From Nitrospirota bacterium (GTDB lineage Bacteria > Nitrospirota > JACRHJ01), in NCBI GenBank assembly GCA_016212105.1, contig JACRHJ010000013.1:46782-110781 (forward strand): DNA of 64,000 bases, in the 5' to 3' direction. The translations under genes and the position numbers were made by a program. Of this stretch, positions 25,323-34,475 are shown piece after piece. The notes under the pieces were generated by a model. The model ran no database searches, had not been told where the DNA came from, and saw nothing but the letters and a program-made list of their open reading frames with translations. How positions within the stretch are numbered: position 1 is the stretch's first letter; each line of letters begins with the position of its first letter.

Positions 25323-26619
25323 CGTAAACTCCGGTCGCAAAGTTCTCTTCGAGCGCATCGTCAATCTCTTGTTTCATGAATAATTCACCAAATGTGCTGA
25401 ACGGCATGATTTGCGTTCTCTGGTTTTCCCAAAGGCTTACAAATAGCTGCTCCGATTCGAAACAACGCGCAAATATGGGGGAATGCGTTGTTATGATTAC
25501 CTGCTTCTGCATCGTCTCAACATATTCAATAAACCAGTCGGCAAGCAGTTGAATCCTGCGGGGATGTACGCCGTTTTCCGGTTCTTCGTAGCCAACTACA
25601 TTCGCAGGTTTCAGGGCGGATAGTATGCTGGCGATACCAATAATCCGGAGAGTACCCTCCGAGACTACCCTTGCGGTCCTTTCCCCGTCTTCTTCCGTAA
25701 CGTGAAGCAGGAGCTGCCCATCTTTAGTACGCTCGATGAGGATATCCTTAACCCTCGGCAATACCTGGGCAAGTGATTTCACCAATGAAGCGAACTGCTT
25801 GGGATTTTCTGCTTCGAGAGTATTTAGAAACGCCGTCAGATTTTCTCCTCGGCTGCCAATGTTTTTCACTTCTGAAATTGGATTTGCCGCCCGCATGATT
25901 TCACGGGGTTCAAAATAATAGAACGCCCATTTTTCCATCTCCCGCTTTGCAAGGCTCATATGCTGATAATGTGGTAAATACAAAGGCGTTGATAGAATTG
26001 TATGGTCTATACCGACATCAAAATATCTGGGATGCGCCTGACCCTCCATGCGTAGCGAAAGTTTACCATTTGATTTTCCAACAAACGGGTTCCGGCTTTT
26101 TAAGGTTTCAGTGAAATCTTTTCGTAATGCTTCCAGCTTTTCATCGAATACACCTATGTTACCGGACTTCAAGTCTACCCTCAGTACAAGTCTGTATCTA
26201 AGTTGCCTGCAAAGTGCAATCCTTTCCTGCGGTGTTGAATCAAATTGAACGTCACCGTGCAGTTCATGCTTAATGTCATCTTTGCTATCGATGTACGGCT
26301 TGCGAATAGCCTTTATTTCTTCTTTAAGTTCTTTTTCCGTATCTTCATCAATCTCAAGGTCGACCTCGAAAGTTATGTCTCTGCTTCCGTATTCATCGGA
26401 GGGGGTCCAGCCGTAAATACACTCTAGTGGTAATCCCCTATGAGAGGAAAAAGCCTTAGTCAGGGTGGGGTTGGTAACAGTGCTTGAGAGCAGGGCCAAA
26501 GCGTCGAGCAGGTTACTTTTGCCCGTGGCGTTCGGCCCCATGATAACGGCAAGCGGGCCGATAGTCAGTTCGAAATCCTTGAACGACTTGTAACCGTCAA
26601 TATAAATGCGTCTTATCAT
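25315..26619 (-). CDS. AAA_21/AAA_15-type ABC ATPase (OLD/AbiLi-like)
   Basis: MIRRIYIDGYKSFKDFELTIGPLAVIMGPNATGKSNLLDAL (Walker A); VVGYEEPENGVHP (Walker B/D-loop); H-loop ITTHSP. Start set at ATG 26619 by the family N-terminus (ORF track gives 26676). GC ~45%. Confidence 0.8.
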   Translation of the reverse strand: MIRRIYIDGYKSFKDFELTIGPLAVIMGPNATGKSNLLDALALLSSTVTNPTLTKAFSSHRGLPLECIYGWTPSDEYGSRDITFEVDLEIDEDTEKELKEEIKAIRKPYIDSKDDIKHELHGDVQFDSTPQERIALCRQLRYRLVLRVDLKSGNIGVFDEKLEALRKDFTETLKSRNPFVGKSNGKLSLRMEGQAHPRYFDVGIDHTILSTPLYLPHYQHMSLAKREMEKWAFYYFEPREIMRAANPISEVKNIGSRGENLTAFLNTLEAENPKQFASLVKSLAQVLPRVKDILIERTKDGQLLLHVTEEDGERTARVVSEGTLRIIGIASILSALKPANVVGYEEPENGVHPRRIQLLADWFIEYVETMQKQVIITTHSPIFARCFESEQLFVSLWENQRTQIMPFSTFGELFMKQEIDDALEENFATGVYGG

Positions 26620-26701
26620 ATTTGCATGCCTTTTCCATCGGTAAACCTGAGAGAATGCCGTCGCCAAGTACGACATGCTATCGGAAACCTTCCGCCACCC
26701 C

Positions 26702-27079
26702 CTACTTCTTCACAAGCGAGCTGACCAGCTTGAGCAGCTCGGCCGTCTGTATGGGCTTCGAGAGGTATGCGTTCGCGCCGAGCGCGAGGCCCTTCTTCCT
26801 GTCCTCTTCCGCGCCCTCGGTCGTGATTATTATTATGGGTATCTCCCTGTACTGGTCGTTGCCCCTGATGAGCGAGACGAGCTTCAGGCCGTCCATGATG
26901 GGCATGTTGATGTCTGTAAGGATAAGGTCGAACTTCGCCGTCGAGAGCTTCTTGAGCGCGTCTATGCCGTCCGAGGCCTCGATTATCTTCGAGCCGTGCA
27001 CCCTCTTCAGGGCGAACGATATGAGCTGCCTCATGGTCGGTGAATCCTCAACTACAAGAAAATGAATATCGGGCATCAC
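26702..27079 (-). CDS. cheY: CheY-like single-domain response regulator
   Basis: HFLVVEDS...DLILTDINMP..DG...K motifs; 125 aa. Confidence 0.85.
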   Translation of the reverse strand: MMPDIHFLVVEDSPTMRQLISFALKRVHGSKIIEASDGIDALKKLSTAKFDLILTDINMPIMDGLKLVSLIRGNDQYREIPIIIITTEGAEEDRKKGLALGANAYLSKPIQTAELLKLVSSLVKK

Positions 27080-27103
27080 GTCCTCCGTAAAGTTTAACCG
27101 GGC

Positions 27104-28003
27104 TTACTCGCCGGCGGGTTTGTCCTTCATCAGCTCCAAAAAGCTCTGTATGGTTACAAGCTTCCTCTCGGACTGGGAGTACAGCTTCGACGAGAATATA
27201 GCCGTCGCCGCGTGCCCCGCGAGCATGGAGAACAGCTCGTAGTCCACGTCCGTGAAGCTCGGCTTCTGGAGGAGCAGCTTGTATATGACTATCACGCCAA
27301 TGACGTGCTCCTTTATCTGGAGCGGTATGCAGACTATCGGGTTTTGCAGGTCGTCGCCCGGCACGGAGGAGATGTCCTCCTCGAAGAAGCTGTCGCCGGA
27401 GAGGGCGACGGAGCCTATCCGCCCCTCGCCGATGGGCACGGCCGGCATGTCCTCGATGGGTATGCCCTCGGTGGCCACGGCGGTCAGGACGTTGGTCTTC
27501 TCGTCCATGAGCATGACCGCGAACCTCTCGGCGCCGACCAGGTTCATTATGATCTCGAGGACGGTCTTGACCGCCTCGCCGAAGTCGAGCGTGGAGTGGA
27601 GCTGGTAGCTCGCAACGTAGAGGTTGGCGAGGTTGTTATTCTCCATCTCGACCTCGATGTACTTCTCGGCGAAGTCCTTGTTCTCCATCTCGACCTCGCG
27701 GTAGCGCTCCATCAGGCGGCGGTTCTCCTCCTCGAGGACGGCGACCTTGTCCTGGAGCGGCTTCAGGTTGCCCGGGCCGCTGGTCCTTATCATCCGGTTT
27801 TCCTCTTCGAGCTGGACCACCTTGAACCGGAGCTTCTCGTTCTCCTTCAGGACCTCCTGGGTGAACTCCTCACCCTTCCTGAACACCTGGAGGAACTCCT
27901 CCGCCTTGTTCTTGATGTGGTTGAACCCGTCCTTCCCGTCTTTCTGGTCCACAACTGCCTCCCTCTTATCGTCCGAATAAAATATCAGTCTCTTTGTCAG
28001 CAA
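27104..28003 (-). CDS. Coiled-coil plus GAF-domain protein of the chemosensory cluster
   Basis: N-terminal heptad-rich region (LEEENRMIR...LEEENRRLMERYREVEMEN) and a C-terminal GAF-like domain. Confidence 0.65.
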   Translation of the reverse strand: MLTKRLIFYSDDKREAVVDQKDGKDGFNHIKNKAEEFLQVFRKGEEFTQEVLKENEKLRFKVVQLEEENRMIRTSGPGNLKPLQDKVAVLEEENRRLMERYREVEMENKDFAEKYIEVEMENNNLANLYVASYQLHSTLDFGEAVKTVLEIIMNLVGAERFAVMLMDEKTNVLTAVATEGIPIEDMPAVPIGEGRIGSVALSGDSFFEEDISSVPGDDLQNPIVCIPLQIKEHVIGVIVIYKLLLQKPSFTDVDYELFSMLAGHAATAIFSSKLYSQSERKLVTIQSFLELMKDKPAGE

Positions 28004-29070
28004 CAGGTCTTTATCAGCTCGTCGGCCATCATGCCGAGCGGCAGGACGTGGTCCACCGCGCCCGACTTGACCGCCTCCTTGGGCATGCCGTAGATGACGG
28101 CCGTCTCCTTGGACTCGGCGAACGTAACCCCGCCCGCGCCCTTTATCGAGACGACGCCCTCCGCCCCGTCGTTACCCATCCCGGTCAGTATAACTCCGGC
28201 CGTCTTCCCGCCGTAACAATGCGCGGCGGACGTCATCATCACGTCTATGGAAGGCGCGTACTTGTCGGACGGCTTTATGTCGCGGAGTACCACCCTGACG
28301 CTGCCGTGCGCGCGCTCGAAGGCCATGTGGCTCCCGCCGGGGCAGATGAGCGCGCGACCGGGGAACACGAGGTCCCCGTGCTGGGCCTCCTTCACCTCGA
28401 GCGCGGACAGCTTGTCGAGCCGCTCCGCGAAGAACCTGGTGAAGTTGGCGGGCATGTGCTGTGACACCGCGACCGCCGCGGGGAAGTCCTTGGGCAGCTT
28501 TGTGAGTATCGCCTGGATCGCGGGCGGCCCGCCGGTGGACGCGCCTATGGCCAGCATCTCGTACCTGCCGCACGCGGCCGCCTTGTCGGCGCCCATCCGT
28601 GGCGGAGGCATGCCCGCGGCCGGCTTCTCCCTCGCCACCTGTTCGAGGAGGGCGACCGAGTTGCTCACCCGCTTCATCTCGACCGGGGCGAAGGTCTTTA
28701 CCTTTGTCAGCAGCTCCGCGCGCAGGTCCTCCATGCTCATGCCCGGCCCGACCGGCTTGGGCAGGAAGTCGACCGCGCCGAACTCGAGCGCGCGTATAAC
28801 GCTCTTGTCGTCCGCGCGCGAGCTGACGACCAGCACCGGCAGCGGCATGGACTTCATCAGCCAGCGCAGGAACGTGAACCCGTCCATCCTCGGCATCTCG
28901 AGGTCGAGCGTGATGAGGTCCGGCTTGAGCCTGACCACCCGCTCTATGGCCTCCTCGCCGTCCGCGGCAGTCCCCACGACGTCCACGTAGGGCGACGAGT
29001 CGAGCATCTTGGACAGGACGTCCCTGTTGTAGGCGGAGTCGTCCACGACGAGGACTTTTATGATTTTCAA
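27997..29070 (-). CDS. cheB: Chemotaxis response regulator protein-glutamate methylesterase CheB
   Basis: N-terminal REC (VLVVDDSAYNR...DLITLDLEMPRMDG). C-terminal methylesterase (GASTGGPPA, H, VILTGMGNDGAEG). Confidence 0.9.
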   Translation of the reverse strand: MKIIKVLVVDDSAYNRDVLSKMLDSSPYVDVVGTAADGEEAIERVVRLKPDLITLDLEMPRMDGFTFLRWLMKSMPLPVLVVSSRADDKSVIRALEFGAVDFLPKPVGPGMSMEDLRAELLTKVKTFAPVEMKRVSNSVALLEQVAREKPAAGMPPPRMGADKAAACGRYEMLAIGASTGGPPAIQAILTKLPKDFPAAVAVSQHMPANFTRFFAERLDKLSALEVKEAQHGDLVFPGRALICPGGSHMAFERAHGSVRVVLRDIKPSDKYAPSIDVMMTSAAHCYGGKTAGVILTGMGNDGAEGVVSIKGAGGVTFAESKETAVIYGMPKEAVKSGAVDHVLPLGMMADELIKTCC

Positions 29071-29104
29071 TTTATGCTGCCTTCTGTAGGGGCCGGAAAA
29101 ATGC

Positions 29105-29300
29105 CGGCCCTCGTTGATTCTGGTTTATGTAGCTGCCCGATTCATCGGGCGTTTTTAATAGCGCCCACAACTGAGCGGGTTACAACTGTTTGTCACCCCC
29201 GTGCAAACGGGGGTCCATTTTGACGTTATTCATGAAAATGGATTCCCGCTTTCGCGGGAATGACGATATCGAGAGTTGGCGCGGGAACTATCCCTGCCAA
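29105..29300. repeat. Intergenic mosaic (O, B, A)
   Basis: ctgcccgattcatcgggcg; gtcacccccgtgcaaacgggggtcc; ggattcccgctttcgcgggaatgac. Confidence 0.8.
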
Positions 29301-29309
29301 CACGCCCCC

Positions 29310-30194
29310 CTATCGTCCGTCCCGGCAGATGGGAGCGCCGACCCCGACTTTGGCCGGCTTCTGGTAGACCATGTCGTTCGTCAGGTGCACCAGCTTGAAC
29401 GCCGCCGATATGTTCATCAGAGACTCGGCGTGGCCGAGCAGGAGGTACCCGCCGGGCACCAGCTTGTTGTAGAACGTCTCCACCAGCTTCTTCTTCGAGT
29501 CCATGTCGAAGTAGATTATAACATTTCGGCAGAAAATCAAGTCAAAATCTTTCAGGAAGCTCAGTTTGTACGGGTCGAACAGGTTGAGGTAGCTGAAGCT
29601 CACCATCTTCCTCACCTCGTCCGCTATCTTGTAGTTCCCCGGTGAGTCCTCCTTGAAGAACCTGGCCAGCCGCCTGTCGTCGGTCGTGCGGAACGCGCTC
29701 TTCTTGTAAATCGCGCGCCTTGCCGAGCCGAGGACCTTCTGGTTTATGTCGCTCCCTATTATCTCTATGTCCCAGCCTGGGCAGTAGCCCTTCTCCATCA
29801 GGAGCATGGCTATGGTGTACGGCTCCTCGCCGGTGGAGCAGCCGGCGCTCCATATCCGGAGCGTCCGGTCTTCCTTCCTCTTCGCTATCTCCGGTACTAT
29901 CTCGTCCGTGAAGGCCTTCAACTGCGCCTCCTCCCGGAAGAAGTACGTCTCGTTCGTCGTGAGCGAGTCTATTACCTCGACCAGCTCCTCCTCCTTCCTG
30001 CGGTCGTACGTCAGGAAGTGGTAGTAGTCCTTGAAGCTCTTGAACTGGTGGAGGCGCACCCTCCTCGTGAGACGCCGCTGGAGGAGGTACTTCGAGTTGT
30101 CGTCGAAGTACATGCCGCAGTAGTCCCTTATATAATCCCTGAGGAGGCGGAACACGTCCTCGGGAAGGTCCATCAGGTCTTCCTGAAAAAGCAT
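29310..30194 (-). CDS. cheR: Chemotaxis protein methyltransferase CheR
   Basis: ETYFFRE..., SAGCSTGEEPYTIAML, FDLIFCRNVIIYF. Confidence 0.9.
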   Translation of the reverse strand: MLFQEDLMDLPEDVFRLLRDYIRDYCGMYFDDNSKYLLQRRLTRRVRLHQFKSFKDYYHFLTYDRRKEEELVEVIDSLTTNETYFFREEAQLKAFTDEIVPEIAKRKEDRTLRIWSAGCSTGEEPYTIAMLLMEKGYCPGWDIEIIGSDINQKVLGSARRAIYKKSAFRTTDDRRLARFFKEDSPGNYKIADEVRKMVSFSYLNLFDPYKLSFLKDFDLIFCRNVIIYFDMDSKKKLVETFYNKLVPGGYLLLGHAESLMNISAAFKLVHLTNDMVYQKPAKVGVGAPICRDGR

Positions 30195-30198
30195 CGGT

Positions 30199-32184
30199 TC
30201 ACCCTTCGAGGAACTTCTTCGCCGTCTCCCTTACTATCGCCTCGTCCGGGGAGGCAAGGACCCCCCCGAGCAGTTCCCTGTAGCCCGGCACGCCGAGCGT
30301 ACCTATCGCCTCGACCGCCGCGAGCCTGACGCTCCAGTCCGGGTCGGCGAGGAGCGCGGAAAGTTCCGCCGTGAGGTCCGCCCCTGGGTAGTTCACGAGC
30401 GCGCCGGCCGCGGCCTTCCTTATCTCCGGGTCGGCGTCCCCGAGCGAGAGCTTCAGGGCGTCCAGCGCGCCGGGGCTCTTGGTCTCGCCGATGGCCTCTA
30501 TAGCGGCTATCTTTACCGGGCCGTAGGAATCCCTCAATAGCGGCATCAGCCCCTCGACCGCCTTGGGGCTGCCGGTCGCGGCCAGGCCGCGCGCGGCGGA
30601 CGCCCTGACCCAGGCGTCCACGTCCTTTATGAGCAGCATGAGCGGCTCGACGGCAAGCTCCGAGCCGGACGCCGAAAGCGCGTTGACCACTGCGAGCCGG
30701 ACGTCCGGGTCCTCGTCGGTGACGGCGGTCAGTATGCCCTTCACCGCCTTGTCCGCCCCGCACCTGGCGAGCGACGCCACGGCCGCCTTCCTTACGTCAG
30801 CCTCCTCGTCCCTTACCAGGCCGGTCAGGAGGTCGTATGCCTCCGGGCCGTCCATCATGCCAGCGAGGGCGGCCACGTTCCTCCGGAAGCCGGGGTCGTC
30901 GTCCCTCGCAAGCTCCGGCAGGTGCGCGGCAAGCTCCGGCCCGGCAAGCATGCCGAGCGTGCTTATCGCCTCCTCCTGCACGTCCTCGTAGTCGTCCTTG
31001 AGGAGCCTCAGCACCGGCCCGACCGCCCTACGGTCCCCCAGCTGCCCGAGCGCCCGTGCGGCCGCGCTCCTCGTATGTCCGTTCTCGTCGTCTATGAGCG
31101 GGATGAGGTAGTCCACGGCGCGGACGTCTCCGGACTTGCCGAGCACGTAGGCGGCCACCATGCGGACGACGCTTTCCTCGTCCGCGAGCAGGGACAGGAC
31201 CGGGTCCACCCCGTCCTTCGAAATCTCGTATATAGCCTCCGCTGCCGCGTCGCGCGCGCCTTCGTAGGGCAGGAGCCTGGCGAGCGCCTCGACCGAGGTC
31301 TTGTCACGCACCGCGCCGAGGAGGCATGCCGCGGCCGTCCGAAGCTCGTCGTCCTCGCCATCCAGGCAGGAGACGATGAAGTCCAGCCCGTCCCGGCCGA
31401 GCGTCCCGGATATGGAAGCCGACGTCCCGGGCTTGTCCGCCGACGCCTTCCATATGCGCGCGAGGCCCTTTATCGCCGTCTCGCGTATGACCGGGGCAGG
31501 GTCTGTGAGCGCCTCGGCAAGCGTCGGGAGCGCGGACTCGCCGCCTATCTTTCCGAGCGCCTCCACTGCGGCCTCTCTGAGGTACCTGTCCTTCGCGGCC
31601 TCTATAAGCGGGCCCACGGCGCCCTTTTCTCCCATCTCTCCGAGTGCGGCGGCGGCATTGAACGCGAGCCACTGGTCCTCGGTGCGTAGCAGCTCCACGA
31701 GCCGCCCGGATGCCTCGGCGTACTTCATCTTCCCCAGGTACTCGGCGGCCGCGGCGCGCACGTTCACGTCCTCGTCGTCGAGCGCGGCCATCAGCGCAGG
31801 CCCCCCGCAAGGGTCGCCTATCTCGCCGACTATGTCCACGATGAACTTCCTGACGTCCGCGTCCGCCTCGGCGAACCTCGCGGACAGTGCGTCTGCCGCG
31901 TGCGGGCCCATCTTGATGAGCGCCTCGGCGGCGGAGTTTCGCATGCCCGCGTTGTCGTCTGAATACAGCGCCCTGTAAAGCCCCTCGAACGCAAGGCCCG
32001 GGTCGAGCCTCAGGATGCCGTCCACCGCGGTCTTCCTGACGCGCCAGTCGGGGTCGCCGATGGCCTTCAGGAGCGGGGCGGCGGCCTCTTCCTGGCCGCA
32101 GTCCATCACCGCCAGGACCGCCTGACGCCTGACCTCCGGGTCGCCGTCATCGAGCATCGCGAGGGCGTCTCTCTCGTTTTCCAA
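30199..32184 (-). CDS. HEAT-repeat protein (PBS-lyase-type HEAT repeats) of the chemosensory cluster
   Basis: About 20 tandem ~31-aa repeats (D..VR..A..ALG.IG...A...L..LL.D). Separated by 4 nt from cheR. Confidence 0.85.
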   Translation of the reverse strand: MENERDALAMLDDGDPEVRRQAVLAVMDCGQEEAAAPLLKAIGDPDWRVRKTAVDGILRLDPGLAFEGLYRALYSDDNAGMRNSAAEALIKMGPHAADALSARFAEADADVRKFIVDIVGEIGDPCGGPALMAALDDEDVNVRAAAAEYLGKMKYAEASGRLVELLRTEDQWLAFNAAAALGEMGEKGAVGPLIEAAKDRYLREAAVEALGKIGGESALPTLAEALTDPAPVIRETAIKGLARIWKASADKPGTSASISGTLGRDGLDFIVSCLDGEDDELRTAAACLLGAVRDKTSVEALARLLPYEGARDAAAEAIYEISKDGVDPVLSLLADEESVVRMVAAYVLGKSGDVRAVDYLIPLIDDENGHTRSAAARALGQLGDRRAVGPVLRLLKDDYEDVQEEAISTLGMLAGPELAAHLPELARDDDPGFRRNVAALAGMMDGPEAYDLLTGLVRDEEADVRKAAVASLARCGADKAVKGILTAVTDEDPDVRLAVVNALSASGSELAVEPLMLLIKDVDAWVRASAARGLAATGSPKAVEGLMPLLRDSYGPVKIAAIEAIGETKSPGALDALKLSLGDADPEIRKAAAGALVNYPGADLTAELSALLADPDWSVRLAAVEAIGTLGVPGYRELLGGVLASPDEAIVRETAKKFLEG

Positions 32185-32214
32185 GACAGTCTCCTTGCTG
32201 TATTATTAATCCGG

Positions 32215-32470
32215 CGGATGAATATCCGGACATCCTCTTACATACGCACGCTCAAGGGGGCGCGCCCCCTTGCACCCCCGGACAAGGGGGAAACGTTCCC
32301 CCTTGCATCCCCTCGACCCTGTACGGATGGAGGCCAACTTATGGCGAGCTTTGCCCGCCGTATTTTTAACAACCTGGCCTCATCCTTGTGCTCCCCCTCT
32401 TAAGATAAGAGGGGGCCGGGGGGCGTTATGAAGTAACGGCGATTAATCTGAATATTCAGCAGCCGGGTTA
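32215..32470. repeat. Intergenic hairpin modules (L family)
   Basis: caagggggcgcgcccccttg, caagggggaaacgttcccccttg and ccctcttaagataagaggg hairpins. Confidence 0.7.
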
Positions 32471-32475
32471 ATATC

Positions 32476-34449
32476 CTAAACCAGCTTGTCCCTCACCGCG
32501 GTCAACATCGTATCGTCGCCCAGCGCCTTCGGGACGTGCCCGCAGCCGAGCTCGGCACGCCTCCTGTCGGAGGCCTCGTCCAGCTGGTTCACGAAGATTA
32601 TGTGTATGTCCCTAGTCGCCGGGTCGTTCTTGAGTATGCTCGCGAAGTCCATACCGTCGAGGTCAGGAAGCGCCGCGTCTATGATTACGAAGCCCGGCAG
32701 CGTCTCACGCGCGAGCCCCAGCGCGGCCGTGCCGCTATACGCCGCCACTACCCTGAACCCGGCCGACTCGAACGTGCGCCTGCGGGCCGCGAGAGTGTCA
32801 GGGTCCGTGTCCACGAGCATTACCGTATTGGTGCTCATGGTCTCCGCCTCGCCCTCGACCGGCACGATCGCGGGCTTCGACGAGGCCTCCGGGGACGCGA
32901 CGAGCGGCCTTGGCAGGCTCATGACGAACCGCGCGCCCGCTCCGCCGTGGCTGGTCGGGCTCTCGGCCCAGATCCTGCCCTCGTGTTCCTTGACTATGGC
33001 CCTGGAGATAGCGAGCCCGAGCCCGCTCCCGCCCCGCCTCCTCGTGGCGGACATGTCCACCTGGTAGAACCTGTCGAATATGCGGTCGAGCTTGTCCGCC
33101 GGTATGCCCGCGCCCTCGTCCTCGACGGTCAGCCTGACCTCGTCCTCAAGGACGCTCGTGATGACCCTTACCCTGCCGCCGGGGCTGGAGAACTTAATCG
33201 CGTTCCCTGCGAGGTTGGTTACCACCTGTTCGAGCTTCTCCCTGTCGCCCAGGACGGTCAGCGGGCCGTCCGGGCAGGAGACCTCGACGGACACGCCCGA
33301 CTGCCTGGCTATGACGCTCGTGGACTTCACGACGCCGCGCGCGAGCTGGTTCAGGTCTATCCGCGTGAACCTTATATGCCCCCCGCCCTCCTCCATCCTC
33401 GAAAGGTCGAGCAGGTTCGTTATCAGGTTTATCAGACGGTCGGTGTTCTGCTCCGCTATCTTGAGGAACTCGCGCCTCGTCTCCGCGTCCTCTATATCGC
33501 TCTCCATCAGGAGGTTTATCGCGCCCTTGATGGATGTGAGCGGGGTGCGCAGCTCGTGGGAGACGGTGGAGACGAAGTTGGTCTTCATCTCGTCCACCTC
33601 CCTTTCCTTCGTGATGTCCTTGAAGGTGACGACCCGGCCCTTCATGCCGCCGGACTCGTCCCTGATGGCCGAGGACAGCCTCCTGAGAACCCTCCGGTAA
33701 GGCCTGACCAGCGTCACTACGAACGACGTCTCGGTCTCCGGGCTGGACGACACCGCCATGTACTTCTTCAGGAACTCGCCGGAGTCCTCGACCCGCTCGG
33801 AGAGCTTGTCCACGAGCGTCCTGACGTGCTCGCCCCTCGCCTGCTCCTCCCTGACGCCGAATATCTCCTCGGCCTCCGGGTTCATGAGGATCACCCGCTC
33901 CGACGCGTCGAGCGCCAAGATGCCGTCCCTGATCGAATGGACTATCGTGTCCGTCTGCACCTTGCCGGCCTTCAGCTCCTGGTTGGCCTCCTCCAGCCGG
34001 AAGGCCATGTCGGTCACCCACTCGTTCATGTGCTGGAGCGACCGGGCCGTCTGGCGGGACTCCTCGGCCGACTCGGTCAGCCTCGCGGTCAGGCCCTCGG
34101 CCTCCTTCCGGGAGGCGTCGAGGCTCTCGATCTTTTCCTTCAGGCTTGCCGCCATCTCGTTGAAGCCGGCCGCCAACGCGGCCAGCTCCCCCGGAGACCC
34201 GACCTCCACCCTGTGGCCGAGGTTGCCCGAGGAAAACTCGGCCGTGCCCCGGACAAGCTCCGCAATCGGCTTCGATACCCAGCCCGCTATCCAGCCCGCG
34301 GCGAGTATCCCGAGCAGGAACGCGGCCAGCGCGGCCGCGAGGGCCTGCCAGAAGCCGCCGTACAACGCCACGGCGCCGACCAGCGCCCCTACAAGGAGGA
34401 CGGTCAGCGATATGTACAACGACAGCCTGAGCCTGAGGGTGTCCTTCAT
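32476..34449 (-). CDS. Hybrid sensor histidine kinase (2TM-HAMP-PAS-HisKA-HATPase_c-REC)
   Basis: HAMP (IAELVRGTAEFSSGNLGHRV). H-box SHELRTPLTSI; G-box GSGLGLAI. C-terminal REC (VMLVDTDPD...IIDAALPDLDG). Confidence 0.85.
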   Translation of the reverse strand: MKDTLRLRLSLYISLTVLLVGALVGAVALYGGFWQALAAALAAFLLGILAAGWIAGWVSKPIAELVRGTAEFSSGNLGHRVEVGSPGELAALAAGFNEMAASLKEKIESLDASRKEAEGLTARLTESAEESRQTARSLQHMNEWVTDMAFRLEEANQELKAGKVQTDTIVHSIRDGILALDASERVILMNPEAEEIFGVREEQARGEHVRTLVDKLSERVEDSGEFLKKYMAVSSSPETETSFVVTLVRPYRRVLRRLSSAIRDESGGMKGRVVTFKDITKEREVDEMKTNFVSTVSHELRTPLTSIKGAINLLMESDIEDAETRREFLKIAEQNTDRLINLITNLLDLSRMEEGGGHIRFTRIDLNQLARGVVKSTSVIARQSGVSVEVSCPDGPLTVLGDREKLEQVVTNLAGNAIKFSSPGGRVRVITSVLEDEVRLTVEDEGAGIPADKLDRIFDRFYQVDMSATRRRGGSGLGLAISRAIVKEHEGRIWAESPTSHGGAGARFVMSLPRPLVASPEASSKPAIVPVEGEAETMSTNTVMLVDTDPDTLAARRRTFESAGFRVVAAYSGTAALGLARETLPGFVIIDAALPDLDGMDFASILKNDPATRDIHIIFVNQLDEASDRRRAELGCGHVPKALGDDTMLTAVRDKLV

Positions 34450-34475
34450 GCCGGGGACCTCCTGACCTTCGCCCG

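Noticed and set aside
30199-32184. HEAT-repeat protein as a phycobilisome lyase (PBS-lyase HEAT)
   Set aside because: Its context is a chemotaxis operon directly coupled to cheR in a non-photosynthetic gene neighbourhood. HEAT-repeat che-associated proteins are a known accessory class.
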